In this document: positions 1 to 9,094 of the stretch, piece by piece
Layout of the letters: the number at the start of each line of letters is the position of its first letter
Numbering within the stretch: the stretch's first letter is position 1
Source: Planctomycetota bacterium
GTDB lineage: Bacteria; Planctomycetota; UBA1135; UBA2386
Direction: 5' to 3'
Assembly: GCA_947501605.1 (NCBI GenBank)
Contig: CANMWZ010000011.1
Span: forward strand, 32,001 to 96,000
Length of the DNA: 64,000 nucleotides
Position numbers and translations under genes: made by a program
Notes under the pieces: model-generated
Told to the model about the DNA's origin: nothing
Database searches by the model: none
The model's input: only the letters and a program-made list of their open reading frames with translations

Positions 1-34
1 CGACTGCTTTGCGCGCATGCGCGCATCGTCGCGA

Positions 35-508
35 TCAGGCGTCGACGTCGTCGATCGCGATGCCGAGCGAACTCAGCACCGCGCGCTCCGCGGCGCGCAT
101 GCGCGCACGCGCGCGAACGCCCTTGTCGTCGTGACCACAGAGGTGGAGCAGCCCGTGAACGACGTACAACGCGACTTCCTCGCGCACGGCGTGGCCCCGC
201 TCGCGTGCGCACCGCGAGGCCGTTTCGACGCTGACAACGAGCTCAGCTGCGCCATCGAGTGCAAATGAGATCACGTCCGTCGGCGTCGCATCCTCGAGGA
301 AGTCGTCGTGGATCTGCGCGATCTCTGCGTCATCGGTCAAGAGCAGCGAGACCGGCATCTGCGTAGCGCCCCCATGCTCCAGGGCGGCGCGAACGACGCG
401 GCGGAGGAAACCTCGATCGGACCGCGGCCTACCGCGGTCGGTGATCTGCAATCGGTTGCCAACGCTGCTCTTGACCTCGGGGGGCTTGCGACGCGCGGCC
501 AACGTCAT
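35..508 (-). CDS. ybeY: rRNA maturation endoribonuclease YbeY
   Basis: Motifs PTDVISF and VVHGLLHLCGHDD. ATG at 508 overlaps the phoH stop (ATGA); usual phoH-ybeY linkage. Confidence 0.9.
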   Translation of the reverse strand: MTLAARRKPPEVKSSVGNRLQITDRGRPRSDRGFLRRVVRAALEHGGATQMPVSLLLTDDAEIAQIHDDFLEDATPTDVISFALDGAAELVVSVETASRCARERGHAVREEVALYVVHGLLHLCGHDDKGVRARARMRAAERAVLSSLGIAIDDVDA

Positions 509-1497
509 GAGCCCTTGGCATCGCGACGGTTGCCAGCGCGATCCTGGTCGTAGGCATTGACGATGCGCCCCACGACTGCGTGGCGCACCACGTCGGCCGC
601 GCCCAGCGTGACGAAGCGGATGCCCTCGACACCCTGCAAGCAACGGACTGCGTCGCTGAGGCCCGAGGTCACATGGCCCGGCAGGTCGACCTGCGACGGA
701 TCCCCGGTGATCACCATCCGCGAGCCTTCACCCAAGCGAGTGAGGAACATCAGCATCTGCGTGACGGTCGTGTTCTGGGCCTCGTCGAGGATGACAAACG
801 CCCGGTTGAGCGTGCGGCCGCGCATGAAAGCCAAGGGGCACACCTCGACGACGTCGCTCTCGAGCCAACGCACGCGGGTGCGAGCGTCGAGCAGGTCCTG
901 CAGCGCGTCGTACATCGGCCGCAGGTAGGGATCGATCTTCTGCTGGAAGTCCCCCGGCAGGAAGCCGAGCTTCTCGCCGGCCTCGACCGCGGGCCGCACC
1001 AGAACGAGTCGGCGCACGAGGCCGCGGCGCATGGCCTCGACTGCCTGGGCCACTGCAAGGTAGGTCTTGCCAGTGCCCGCCGGGCCCACTGCGAACACGA
1101 CGTCGCTCTGTTCCATCGCTTCGAGGTAGCGCTCCTGCCCACCGGTGCGGGCCCGAACGACGTGCTGGCTCCTGGCCACGTGACGAGCCCCGTCCACTGC
1201 GGGCCCTGGGTGCGCAGGGTCGACCTCTTCGTCCGGCGAGCTGGCGCGCAGCCGTCCGGCGACGTCCTGCGTCGACAGGCGCTTGCCCGCGCGCAGGGCC
1301 AGCAGGCTCTCCTCGAGCACGTGCTGCACGGTGGTCACACTGTGTGGGTCGCCAAGGAGACGCAGGCTGCCGTCGCGGACCAGCACGGACACGCCGTGCA
1401 GTTCTCGGATCAGACGCGCGTTGCTGTCTAGGGGGCCGAGCAAGGTGCGAGCCTCTTCGGTCGACTGCACAGGGATCTGGACGTCAGCGTCGGTCAC
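505..1497 (-). CDS. phoH: PhoH-like ATPase (YbeZ/PhoH family)
   Basis: GPAGTGKT, RPAVEAGEKLGFLPG, AFMRGRTL, DEAQN, GDPSQVDLP, DVVRH motifs. Confidence 0.93.
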   Translation of the reverse strand: MTDADVQIPVQSTEEARTLLGPLDSNARLIRELHGVSVLVRDGSLRLLGDPHSVTTVQHVLEESLLALRAGKRLSTQDVAGRLRASSPDEEVDPAHPGPAVDGARHVARSQHVVRARTGGQERYLEAMEQSDVVFAVGPAGTGKTYLAVAQAVEAMRRGLVRRLVLVRPAVEAGEKLGFLPGDFQQKIDPYLRPMYDALQDLLDARTRVRWLESDVVEVCPLAFMRGRTLNRAFVILDEAQNTTVTQMLMFLTRLGEGSRMVITGDPSQVDLPGHVTSGLSDAVRCLQGVEGIRFVTLGAADVVRHAVVGRIVNAYDQDRAGNRRDAKGS

Positions 1498-1516
1498 GTG
1501 GTCACACGCATCGGGG

Positions 1517-2368
1517 TCAGGTCAGCCAGACAAGGAACAGGAACCAAGCCGAGAACGAGAATAGCAAGCTGTCGACCAGGTCGAGCACGCCGCCATGCGC
1601 CGGCAACAGGTGCGAACTGTCTTTGGCGCCGCAGCGGCGCTTCAACAGGCTCTCCACGAGATCGCCGATCTGGGTCGTGGCGTTGAGGAGGATACCGACA
1701 CCGAGGGTCACCGGAACTCCCATCGGCAGATCGGGCACCAGGACCGAACGCAACCCGACTGCGATCGCGAGCGACGCCGACAGACTCCCGAGTGCGCCTT
1801 CAACCGTCTTGCCCGGGCTGATGTGCGGGATCAGCTTGTGCCGTCCGATCATCCGGCCAACGCAGTAGCCGCCGATGTCGCCACCCTTGCAGATCAACAC
1901 CACGTAGAGCAGCGATGGCAGGTGGCGGAAACAGATCCCTTGGCCGAAGTACATCTGCCACGAGATCAGCAAGAAGCCGAGCAACGTGGCGCCCTGTTCC
2001 TCGAGCCCGCGCGCCATCGCGTCCTTGCCCAGCGACCGCGTCGCCAGAGGGAACAGCAGCAGCAGGGTCAGTGCCACGATCGGATACAGCTCGCGGTCAA
2101 GCTGCTGCCAACCTAGTGGGAACGCGAGCCCATGGAGCAGGACCGCGGCTACGAGCAACAGGGTGCGCGCGACGGCGAAGCCGGCCGTTCGCAGCATTGC
2201 GGCGTACTCGAGCACCCCGACAATCCCGAGTACGAAGAGAACCGAGGCAGAGAGTGCTCCGCGCTTGTCGACCACGAGGCACTCGACGTCGAGCCAGTAG
2301 ACAAGGCCGATGAGGAGCAGCATCGTCGGCGCCAGCACCGCGCGGGTGCGCAGATCAGAGCTCGCCAT
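1517..2368 (-). CDS. cdsA: Phosphatidate cytidylyltransferase
   Basis: Multi-pass membrane protein with ISPGKTVEG, GDLVESLLKR, KDSSHLLPAHGGVLDLVDS; directly after uppS. Confidence 0.92.
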   Translation of the reverse strand: MASSDLRTRAVLAPTMLLLIGLVYWLDVECLVVDKRGALSASVLFVLGIVGVLEYAAMLRTAGFAVARTLLLVAAVLLHGLAFPLGWQQLDRELYPIVALTLLLLFPLATRSLGKDAMARGLEEQGATLLGFLLISWQMYFGQGICFRHLPSLLYVVLICKGGDIGGYCVGRMIGRHKLIPHISPGKTVEGALGSLSASLAIAVGLRSVLVPDLPMGVPVTLGVGILLNATTQIGDLVESLLKRRCGAKDSSHLLPAHGGVLDLVDSLLFSFSAWFLFLVWLT

Positions 2369-3129
2369 CAGCCGTGCACCTTGCCGAACTTGCGCACGCG
2401 GCGGCCATAGTCCCGAAACGCTTCGTGCAGCTGCTCTTTGCCGAAGTCAGGCCAGCACACGGGCGACACATGAATCTCGGCGTAGCTGATCTGCCACAGC
2501 AAGAAGTTGCTGACACGCAGTTCCCCGGCCGTGCGAATGAGCAGGTCCGGATCCGGCAAAGTCGGTTGGTAGAGGCGGGCGCTGATGGTCGCTTCATCGA
2601 CAGCCTCTGGGGCGAGCGAGCCCGCAGCGACTTCGCGAGCGATCGAACGCACCGCATCGGCAAGCTCTTGGCGGCCACCGTACGAAATCGCGAGGCACAG
2701 CCTCATGCCGCTGTTGTCCGCCGTCAACGCCATCGTCTCGTCGAGCAATCGGAGGATGTCGGAGTCCAGGCGCTGCCGGCGACCGGCATGCAGGAGGCGC
2801 ACGTTGTTCTGCATCAGCGTCGGCCGCTCGTCGACCAGAAAGCGACGCAGCAGACCCATCAGCAGATTGATCTCGCGCTTGGGGCGCTCCCAGTTCTCTT
2901 CCGAGAACGCATACAGCGTCAGCGCCTCGACGCCGAGCTGGGCGCACTCCGTCACTGTCGTGCGCACCGAGTCAGTACCCTTCTCGTGGCCGCGAATGCG
3001 CTCGAAGCCGGCACTGCGCGCCCAGCGGCCATTCCCGTCCATGATCACCGCAACCGAACGCGGTACGACGAAGTCCGAGGCGGCGCGGTTGCCGCCGTCC
3101 GCCGGATGGCTGCCGGCCTTCTTGCTCAC
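2368..3129 (-). CDS. uppS: Undecaprenyl/polyprenyl diphosphate synthase
   Basis: IMDGNGRW, YAFSEENWERP, YGGRQE, DPDLLIRTAGELRVSNFLLWQ. Confidence 0.95.
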   Translation of the reverse strand: MSKKAGSHPADGGNRAASDFVVPRSVAVIMDGNGRWARSAGFERIRGHEKGTDSVRTTVTECAQLGVEALTLYAFSEENWERPKREINLLMGLLRRFLVDERPTLMQNNVRLLHAGRRQRLDSDILRLLDETMALTADNSGMRLCLAISYGGRQELADAVRSIAREVAAGSLAPEAVDEATISARLYQPTLPDPDLLIRTAGELRVSNFLLWQISYAEIHVSPVCWPDFGKEQLHEAFRDYGRRVRKFGKVHG

Positions 3130-4397
3130 CTGAGGATCACCTGGTGCCGCTCTGGACCGACCGAGATCGTCTTGACCGGAAGGCCGGTGTGCAGCTCGAT
3201 CGCCTGGATGTAGCGCTTTGCCTGCGCCGGCAGGTCCTCGAAGCGACGCACCTCTCGCACATTCTGCGCGAAGCCCGCGAAGGTCTCGGTGATGGGCGTC
3301 GCCGTCTCCAAATCGAAGGCACAGAAACGGTCGGTCTCGCTGCCGTCGGGGAAGCGGTAGCGGGTCACCAGTTGGAAAGAGTCGAAACCGGACAACACAT
3401 CAAGGTTGGTGACCACGAGTTCGTCGGCGCCCGAGAGCTGGGCTGAGTAGCGGACCGCGACACTATCGAACCAGCCGATGCGGCGCGGACGACCAGTGGT
3501 CGAGCCGTACTCATTGCCAGCCTTGCGCAGCCGCTCCGCCAGTTCGCCCTGCAACTCGCTTGGAAACGGCCCCTCACCGACGCGAGTCGCGTAGGCCTTC
3601 ACAATGCCGACCACGCGCATGCCATGCGGCGGCAGGCCGGTGCCCGAAAATGCGCCGCCGGTCGAAGCGTGCGAGCTCGTGACGAACGGGTAGGTGCCAT
3701 GCTCGACGTCGAGCAAACATCCCTGCGCACCTTCGAGGAGAATGCGCTTCCCTTCGGCGTGAGCGACGCGGAGGAGGTGCCCAGCGTCGACGATGCCCTG
3801 GCGCAGTTGCTCACCGGCCTCAACCAACTGCGGAAACAGCAGTGCCGGCGACAGCGACGGCAGACCCGCACCAGCGAACAGCGGGTTCTTCTCCGCGCAC
3901 AAGCGGTCGATGCCGGCGCGCAGTCGATCCGGACGGATCAAGTCGCCCATGCGCAGGCCGATGCGATTGCAGCGATCCGCGTAGGCCGGGCCGATGCCGC
4001 GTCCGGTCGTGCCAATGCGGCCCTTGCCGCGCGCCTGCTCGTGCCAATGGTCCTGGACGCGATGCGCCTCGAGGATCACGTGCGCGCGCTCGCTGATCAG
4101 CAGGTTCTGGCCCAGCTCGATCGGCAGCCCACGCTTTTGCACGCCCTCGATTTCCTTCACTAGGTGCAGGGGGTCGACCACCACACCGTTGCCGATGACG
4201 TTGGTAACGCGCCGGTGGACGATGCCCGAGGGCACGAGGTGAAGGACCATCTTGCCGCTGGGCAGGATGAGCGTGTGGCCAGCGTTGTGACCACCGCCAT
4301 AGCGGACGACGTAGTCGGCCTCGGCAGCGAGGAAGTCGATGACCTTCCCCTTCCCTTCGTCACCCCAGAGGATGCCTACGACGCACGTTGTGGACAT
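3126..4397 (-). CDS. purA: Adenylosuccinate synthetase
   Basis: WGDEGKGK, GGHNAGHT, IGTTGRGIGP, EGAQG, GTYPFVTSS, EYGSTTGRPRR. Start re-set to MSTTCVVG (4397). Confidence 0.95.
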   Translation of the reverse strand: MSTTCVVGILWGDEGKGKVIDFLAAEADYVVRYGGGHNAGHTLILPSGKMVLHLVPSGIVHRRVTNVIGNGVVVDPLHLVKEIEGVQKRGLPIELGQNLLISERAHVILEAHRVQDHWHEQARGKGRIGTTGRGIGPAYADRCNRIGLRMGDLIRPDRLRAGIDRLCAEKNPLFAGAGLPSLSPALLFPQLVEAGEQLRQGIVDAGHLLRVAHAEGKRILLEGAQGCLLDVEHGTYPFVTSSHASTGGAFSGTGLPPHGMRVVGIVKAYATRVGEGPFPSELQGELAERLRKAGNEYGSTTGRPRRIGWFDSVAVRYSAQLSGADELVVTNLDVLSGFDSFQLVTRYRFPDGSETDRFCAFDLETATPITETFAGFAQNVREVRRFEDLPAQAKRYIQAIELHTGLPVKTISVGPERHQVILR

Positions 4398-4515
4398 GGA
4401 AGATGGCGGCGAAAAGGCGGGCAGCATAGAGAGACGGTGGGCGCGGCTCCACACCTGGACTTCGCCGTCTGTGGAATCGCAGGCGGCCACGCCCCCATCG
4501 AGCGATCTCTTCGCC

Positions 4516-5661
4516 ATGCACGAAGTCGTGGACGAAGACGAGCGCCGGCGACAGGCGCTGGCATCCCTGGAGTGGTTCACCACGAGGCTATTGCGAGGTC
4601 AGCTCTGGCGTAGCAATCGCTGTCGATTTCGCTCGGCGCCGTTGCGACAGCAACTGCTGGTTGAAGTCCGACAAGAACTGCTCGTCGACTGCCTCACGCA
4701 CGTCGATGCGGTGCTGGCTTTGTCGCCGCCGGAGCGGCATCGACGGTGGTTCCGATTCGTCGAGCGCTGGATCTACCACGAACTGCGCCGCGGCGAACCA
4801 CTGCCCGAGCACTTCGAGGCGGCCATGCACGATCCCGCCGTGGAAGCGCCGCGGGTCGAGGTCGCGCTGCCACGGGAAGCCGTGACGGACACCGAGCACC
4901 GAGCCGCGACGCTGCGGAACGGCCGCACGAACGTCACGGCGACGGCACACGCAACGGGCTTGACGAGGCCCCGCGTGCGCGCGCTGTGGGCCCACATCGC
5001 CGATCAACTCGGCTATGACGCGACCTTCCTGGGCTTCTGGCGGCGGCGGCTCGCCGAGGCGCTGACAGGGCTCGCGTGCGACCTGCTGCGCGACCGCGAT
5101 CAGGTTCGGCTCCTGCCTCGACCGCGGCGACGACCCGACCCGCAGGCGCGCCTTCGACGCATCCGCCAGATTCTCGCCGTGCTGGCGGTGCGGCCACTGC
5201 CACACGAGATCCGCGTGGCGATCGCAATGGCCAAACTCAGGCGCGGAACACGGTCGGTCCGCCCGATCGGCCTGTTGGCCGCGGCGGAGCTGCTCGCTGG
5301 CGGCTGCCCGAAGATTGCACTGTGGCGCTTCGAGGCCGCGGTCGCCGACCACGAACTGGCGACCGCGATGCGCGCCGTCGTCGCCGCCCGCGACTACGGC
5401 GCCGATCCTGTGGCCATCGTGCTAGCCCGCGCCAAGCTGCTCGCAGTTCGAGGCCGGATCGGGGCGGCCGGTTGCTTGCTCCACCGCGCCCGAGCACGCC
5501 AGCCGCACGACCCGCGCCTCGACCTGGCAACGCGATCCGCCGGCTTCGATCAGGCGCCGAGCGCACGCCGAAGCGCGTCGCCGAGTTCCTCCTCGAGCCG
5601 CACGTCGGCGCGGGGAGCGGACCAGGACGGTATCGAAGCGAACATGGCGAAACCGAGGTAG
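4516..5661 (+). CDS. Hypothetical protein, possible sigma/HTH-like N-half and helical-repeat C-half
   Basis: Long ORF filling the gap divergent from purA. Start uncertain (ATG 4516 chosen); 3' end overlaps the convergent gene by 112 bp. Confidence 0.55.
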   Translation: MHEVVDEDERRRQALASLEWFTTRLLRGQLWRSNRCRFRSAPLRQQLLVEVRQELLVDCLTHVDAVLALSPPERHRRWFRFVERWIYHELRRGEPLPEHFEAAMHDPAVEAPRVEVALPREAVTDTEHRAATLRNGRTNVTATAHATGLTRPRVRALWAHIADQLGYDATFLGFWRRRLAEALTGLACDLLRDRDQVRLLPRPRRRPDPQARLRRIRQILAVLAVRPLPHEIRVAIAMAKLRRGTRSVRPIGLLAAAELLAGGCPKIALWRFEAAVADHELATAMRAVVAARDYGADPVAIVLARAKLLAVRGRIGAAGCLLHRARARQPHDPRLDLATRSAGFDQAPSARRSASPSSSSSRTSARGADQDGIEANMAKPR

Positions 5662-5948
5662 CGAACTTCGACGACGCAAGCAACCGAGGTCCCCTCACGG
5701 AAGAGCGTCACCCGTTGCTGGCTCGCGACGTCTGGATTGGGACCCGCTACCCAGTCGGTCTGGAGCCGGAACGCTTGCGCATCCTCGACGACCAGGAACC
5801 GGTAGCGGCCGCGAATGAGATCACGACATCGCGCGTAGCTGTCCGCAGGCAAGCCCTGGGGGAGATCAACCCGCAGTGGCTGGTAGGCGGGAGTGGCACA
5901 CGCAGACAGCACGAGTGAAACTGCGACGGTAGCGCTACGCACGGCCAT
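5550..5948 (-). CDS. Small lipoprotein, hypothetical
   Basis: [17 protein letters not shown] lipobox-like signal; start overlaps the 3' end of the hydantoinase B gene. Confidence 0.65.
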   Translation of the reverse strand: MAVRSATVAVSLVLSACATPAYQPLRVDLPQGLPADSYARCRDLIRGRYRFLVVEDAQAFRLQTDWVAGPNPDVASQQRVTLFREGTSVACVVEVRYLGFAMFASIPSWSAPRADVRLEEELGDALRRALGA

Positions 5949-7503
5949 GGCCTCCGCCGCCGGGCGTCTGCACGACGATGCGTTCGCCGATCGCAAGTTG
6001 CAGGGACACCTTGCTGGAAAGCGCACGCCGCACGCCGCGGACATTCTCGATCGCAAGCGCGCCGGGCGCGCCGCTACCGCCGCCCATGGCTCCAGGTGGC
6101 CCGGAACGATGGCGGTCGCCGAGAAAGGTGACCGACATGGGCACGAGGGCTTCGACGATCTTCTCGATGCCGTCACCGCCGGGGCGCCGACCGCGCCCGC
6201 CAGTGCCACGTCGCACCGTGAGCGCGAGCACCCGCACCGGATAGCGATGCTCGGTTTCTTCGACCGGCGTGTTGCGCGTGTTCGTCATGTGCGTCTGCAC
6301 CGCCGAGCGACCGGCGCGCAGCGGCCCGGCACCGGCCCCGCCTGGCAGAGTCTCGTAAAAGGCAAAGTCGCGGCCGCGCGCATCGACTCCGCCCATCGAC
6401 AGGTTGCTCATGGTGCCGGCCGAGCACGCCGGAACGACGCCGGGTCGCGCCTTCCCGAGCGCGGACAGGCAGACGTCGACGAGGCGCTGGCTGGTCTCCA
6501 CGTTGCCGCCAGCGACCGGCGCGGGTTTCTTCGGATCGACGAGCGAGCCGGGCGTGGTCACGATCTCGAACAGTCGGAAGAGACCGTCGTTGGTCGGCAT
6601 GCGCTCCGGGCACAAGCACCGCAGGGCATACGCACAGGCCGCCAGCACGACGCTCCGGTTTGCATTCACGCCACCCTGCGCCTGCTCGCAACTGCGCGTG
6701 AAGTCGAACTGCAGCATCGCGCCGCGTCGCCGCAGGCGCAGATCGATGGTCAGCGGGCCGTTGCCCTGACCGTCGTCTTCCAGCGCATCCCGTGCCGCGA
6801 ACGGTCCGCGACCGAGGCTCGATAGGGCTGCTCGTCCTTGCGCCTCGGTGTAGTCCATCAGGTGCGAGGCGTAGCGACCAAGCTCGGCCCGCCCCCAATC
6901 GTGTTGCATGGCCAGCAGCCGGTCGCGGAGCCGTTCCAAACTCGCCTCTTGGGCTGCCAGGTCAACTTCGCGCTCATGGCTGCCGCGCACATTGGCGAGC
7001 AGCAGGCGCAGGATCTCGCGATTCGGTTCGCCACTGCGCCGCACCAAAACCGGCGGGATCACAAGGCCTTCGCCGTAGAGATCGCGGGCGATGCCCATCG
7101 AACCTGGCGTTGCGCCACCGATATCGGCGTGGTGCGCGCGACTGCTGACAAACCAGTCGGGCGTCCGGCGCCCTGGAGCGAAGACCGGCGCCACCATCGT
7201 GACGTCAGGAAGGTGCGTTCCGCCCTGGTACGGATCGTTGAGCACCGCGACGTCGCCGGGACCGAAGTCGATCGCGGCGCGCGCGGCGCGGACGGCATCG
7301 GCCGCGCTACCGAGATGCACTGGGATGTGTGCAGCCTGTGCCACCAAGCGGCCCGCACGGTCAAACACCGCGACCGAGAAATCGCGGCGCTCGCGAATGT
7401 TGGGACTCACGGCACTCTGCTGCAGCAGCAGACCGGCCTCTTCGCACATCGCCGCCAGAAGGTGATGGCAGATCTCGAGCCGTACCGGATCTGGGCGCTT
7501 CAT
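5935..7503 (-). CDS. Hydantoinase B/oxoprolinase family protein
   Basis: [65 protein letters not shown]. Confidence 0.92.
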   Translation of the reverse strand: MKRPDPVRLEICHHLLAAMCEEAGLLLQQSAVSPNIRERRDFSVAVFDRAGRLVAQAAHIPVHLGSAADAVRAARAAIDFGPGDVAVLNDPYQGGTHLPDVTMVAPVFAPGRRTPDWFVSSRAHHADIGGATPGSMGIARDLYGEGLVIPPVLVRRSGEPNREILRLLLANVRGSHEREVDLAAQEASLERLRDRLLAMQHDWGRAELGRYASHLMDYTEAQGRAALSSLGRGPFAARDALEDDGQGNGPLTIDLRLRRRGAMLQFDFTRSCEQAQGGVNANRSVVLAACAYALRCLCPERMPTNDGLFRLFEIVTTPGSLVDPKKPAPVAGGNVETSQRLVDVCLSALGKARPGVVPACSAGTMSNLSMGGVDARGRDFAFYETLPGGAGAGPLRAGRSAVQTHMTNTRNTPVEETEHRYPVRVLALTVRRGTGGRGRRPGGDGIEKIVEALVPMSVTFLGDRHRSGPPGAMGGGSGAPGALAIENVRGVRRALSSKVSLQLAIGERIVVQTPGGGGHGRA

Positions 7504-7644
7504 CGCGGCGCGAAGTCTACGCGGAGTGGCGGCGCGCGCGCAGCACCGAACCAACGCGAACAACCGGAACGAACACGGCCACGCTCACCAGATCGGAGAA
7601 CGCGGCCGTGTTCGCCAGCGAGTGTCGCTCGCAGCAGTCAGCCG

Positions 7645-8514
7645 TTAGATGCCGCCGCCACCGCCCGCAGCACCACCGCCACCGCCACCGCCACCGCCCG
7701 CAGCGTTACCGCCGCCGCCCGCGCCACCCGCGCCGCCGCGGCCGCCGCGGCCGCCGCGCTGTGGCATTGCCTCGCGGATCTTGTCGAGTGCCTTCTGCGC
7801 GTCCTCCAGCTTGTCGGCCTCGAGTGCCGTCTTCAGTGCCGCGACGTTCTCCTCGATGGCCTTGGCGCCATCTGGGTTGCGCTCCTTCATCATCTCGACC
7901 ATGCCCGACATGCGTTCGAGGCCGCCCTTGAACTGCTCCAGTTCGTCGGCATTCATCTCGGTGAGCTTCTTGCTCCCGAACATGCTGCCGCGCTGACCGC
8001 GTCCACCGGCGCCGCCAGCGCCACCTTCACTACCGGCCTGTTCCATGCGGCGGATCTGCCGCTCGAGCCGTTCCACCGCGGCCTGGTCGCCGGATGCCTT
8101 GGCCTCTTCGAGTTGCTTCTTGGCCTCCGCGAGGCGTGCGGCCATGTCGCCGCCGCCTTCACCGCGCGTGCGACCCTCGCCTCGCCCTTCGCCCCGGGCT
8201 TCGCCTGCTGCCGTCGGCGCCGGTGCGGCCACCTTGCCCAGCACCTTCTCGTACTTCTTGGCGAAGGCGGTCGCGTCTTCCGTCTTGCCAGCGCGCGTCA
8301 GCAACTCGAATTGGAATTGTGCGGCGCGGCCGACCAAGGGGTGATCCGGTGCCTGCTGCAGGAACTTCTCGTAGAGGGTCATCGCCTCAGGAAAGTTGCG
8401 TTCGCCGTTCTGCAGCCAATAGGCCTTGTGGAACAGCGATTCGGCGGCGGCGGGATCCTGCGCGCAGAGCGGCAGGGCGAGAGCGAGCAGAGCAGCAGTG
8501 AAACGAGTCATCAT
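7645..8514 (-). CDS. Secreted helical (TPR-like) protein with Gly/RGG-rich linkers and tail
   Basis: Signal peptide MMTRFTAALLALALPLCAQ, TPR-like helix pair, coiled segments, C-terminal RGGRGGRGG plus poly-Gly. Confidence 0.8.
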   Translation of the reverse strand: MMTRFTAALLALALPLCAQDPAAAESLFHKAYWLQNGERNFPEAMTLYEKFLQQAPDHPLVGRAAQFQFELLTRAGKTEDATAFAKKYEKVLGKVAAPAPTAAGEARGEGRGEGRTRGEGGGDMAARLAEAKKQLEEAKASGDQAAVERLERQIRRMEQAGSEGGAGGAGGRGQRGSMFGSKKLTEMNADELEQFKGGLERMSGMVEMMKERNPDGAKAIEENVAALKTALEADKLEDAQKALDKIREAMPQRGGRGGRGGAGGAGGGGNAAGGGGGGGGGAAGGGGGI

Positions 8515-8754
8515 GAAGGTACTCCAGGTCGGGCAATCCGACGGCAATGCGTCGGAAGATAGGCCCACCGCAACGGCAGCTACAGCCACTACCCACGTAA
8601 AGGAAGTGTCACCTTCCCCTGGTCCGCGTCTTCTCGGGCATGCACCAGCCCAGTCAGACCAACTTCTCCCCGCCCGCGACTCCGCCCTGGATTCCTTGCC
8701 CCGCTCCGCGCCGATCGCCGCTTGGTGGCCGCCGAGGTCACGTCATTGTGACGA

Positions 8755-8868
8755 CTGGGGCAACTGGGCTAACTGGGCTACCTGGGCTACCTGGGCTACC
8801 TGGGCTACCTGGGCTACCTGGGCTACCTGGGCTAACTGGGCTAACTGGGCTAACTGGGCTAACTGGGG
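8755..8868. repeat. 9-bp tandem repeat CTGGGCTA[A/C], 11 intact units plus 2 degenerate flanking units
   Basis: Read directly: one ...TAA unit, six ...TAC units, four ...TAA units over 8764-8862. Confidence 0.97.
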
Positions 8869-8967
8869 CCGCCCGAAGTGCCCCTTGCCCGCCGGGATCC
8901 CAAGGGCGCAATCGAATGCCGCCCGCCTGCGACGTGCCGACCGACCCACCGCCGGTCTGAGTCGCAA

Positions 8968-9001
8968 GCCAATCGCGACCGGCCAATCGCGACCGGCCAA
9001 T
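8968..9001. repeat. 14-bp tandem repeat GCCAATCGCGACCG, about 2.4 copies
   Basis: Copies at 8968-8981 and 8982-8995, partial copy at 8996-9001. Confidence 0.85.
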
Positions 9002-9003
9002 GG

Positions 9004-9060
9004 CGCGAAGCCCGTCGCGGGCGGGCCGTCGCCATCGACCCGCTCGCGGCCTAGCTCGCG
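9004..9060 (-). terminator. Imperfect GC-rich hairpin downstream of the M12 peptidase gene
   Basis: cgcgaagcccgtcgcgggcgggccg pairs imperfectly with cgacccgctcgcggcctagctcgcg; no U-tract. Confidence 0.3.
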
Positions 9061-9094
9061 GGGCGCCGAACGACGCCTCGCAACCGCGGTTCTG

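Noticed and set aside
10..107. Palindrome TGCGCGCATGCGCGCA at 10-25, with 15 bp repeated at 93-107
   Set aside because: Low-complexity GC alternation; the second copy encodes ARARMRA in ybeY and the first is at the window edge.
35..508. YbeY third metal-ligand position reads GHDD rather than GYDH
   Set aside because: A His-to-Asp variant can still bind metal and the other motifs are intact; not evidence of inactivation.
8755..8868. Possible CRISPR array
   Set aside because: Units are 9 bp, contiguous, with no spacers and no cas genes.
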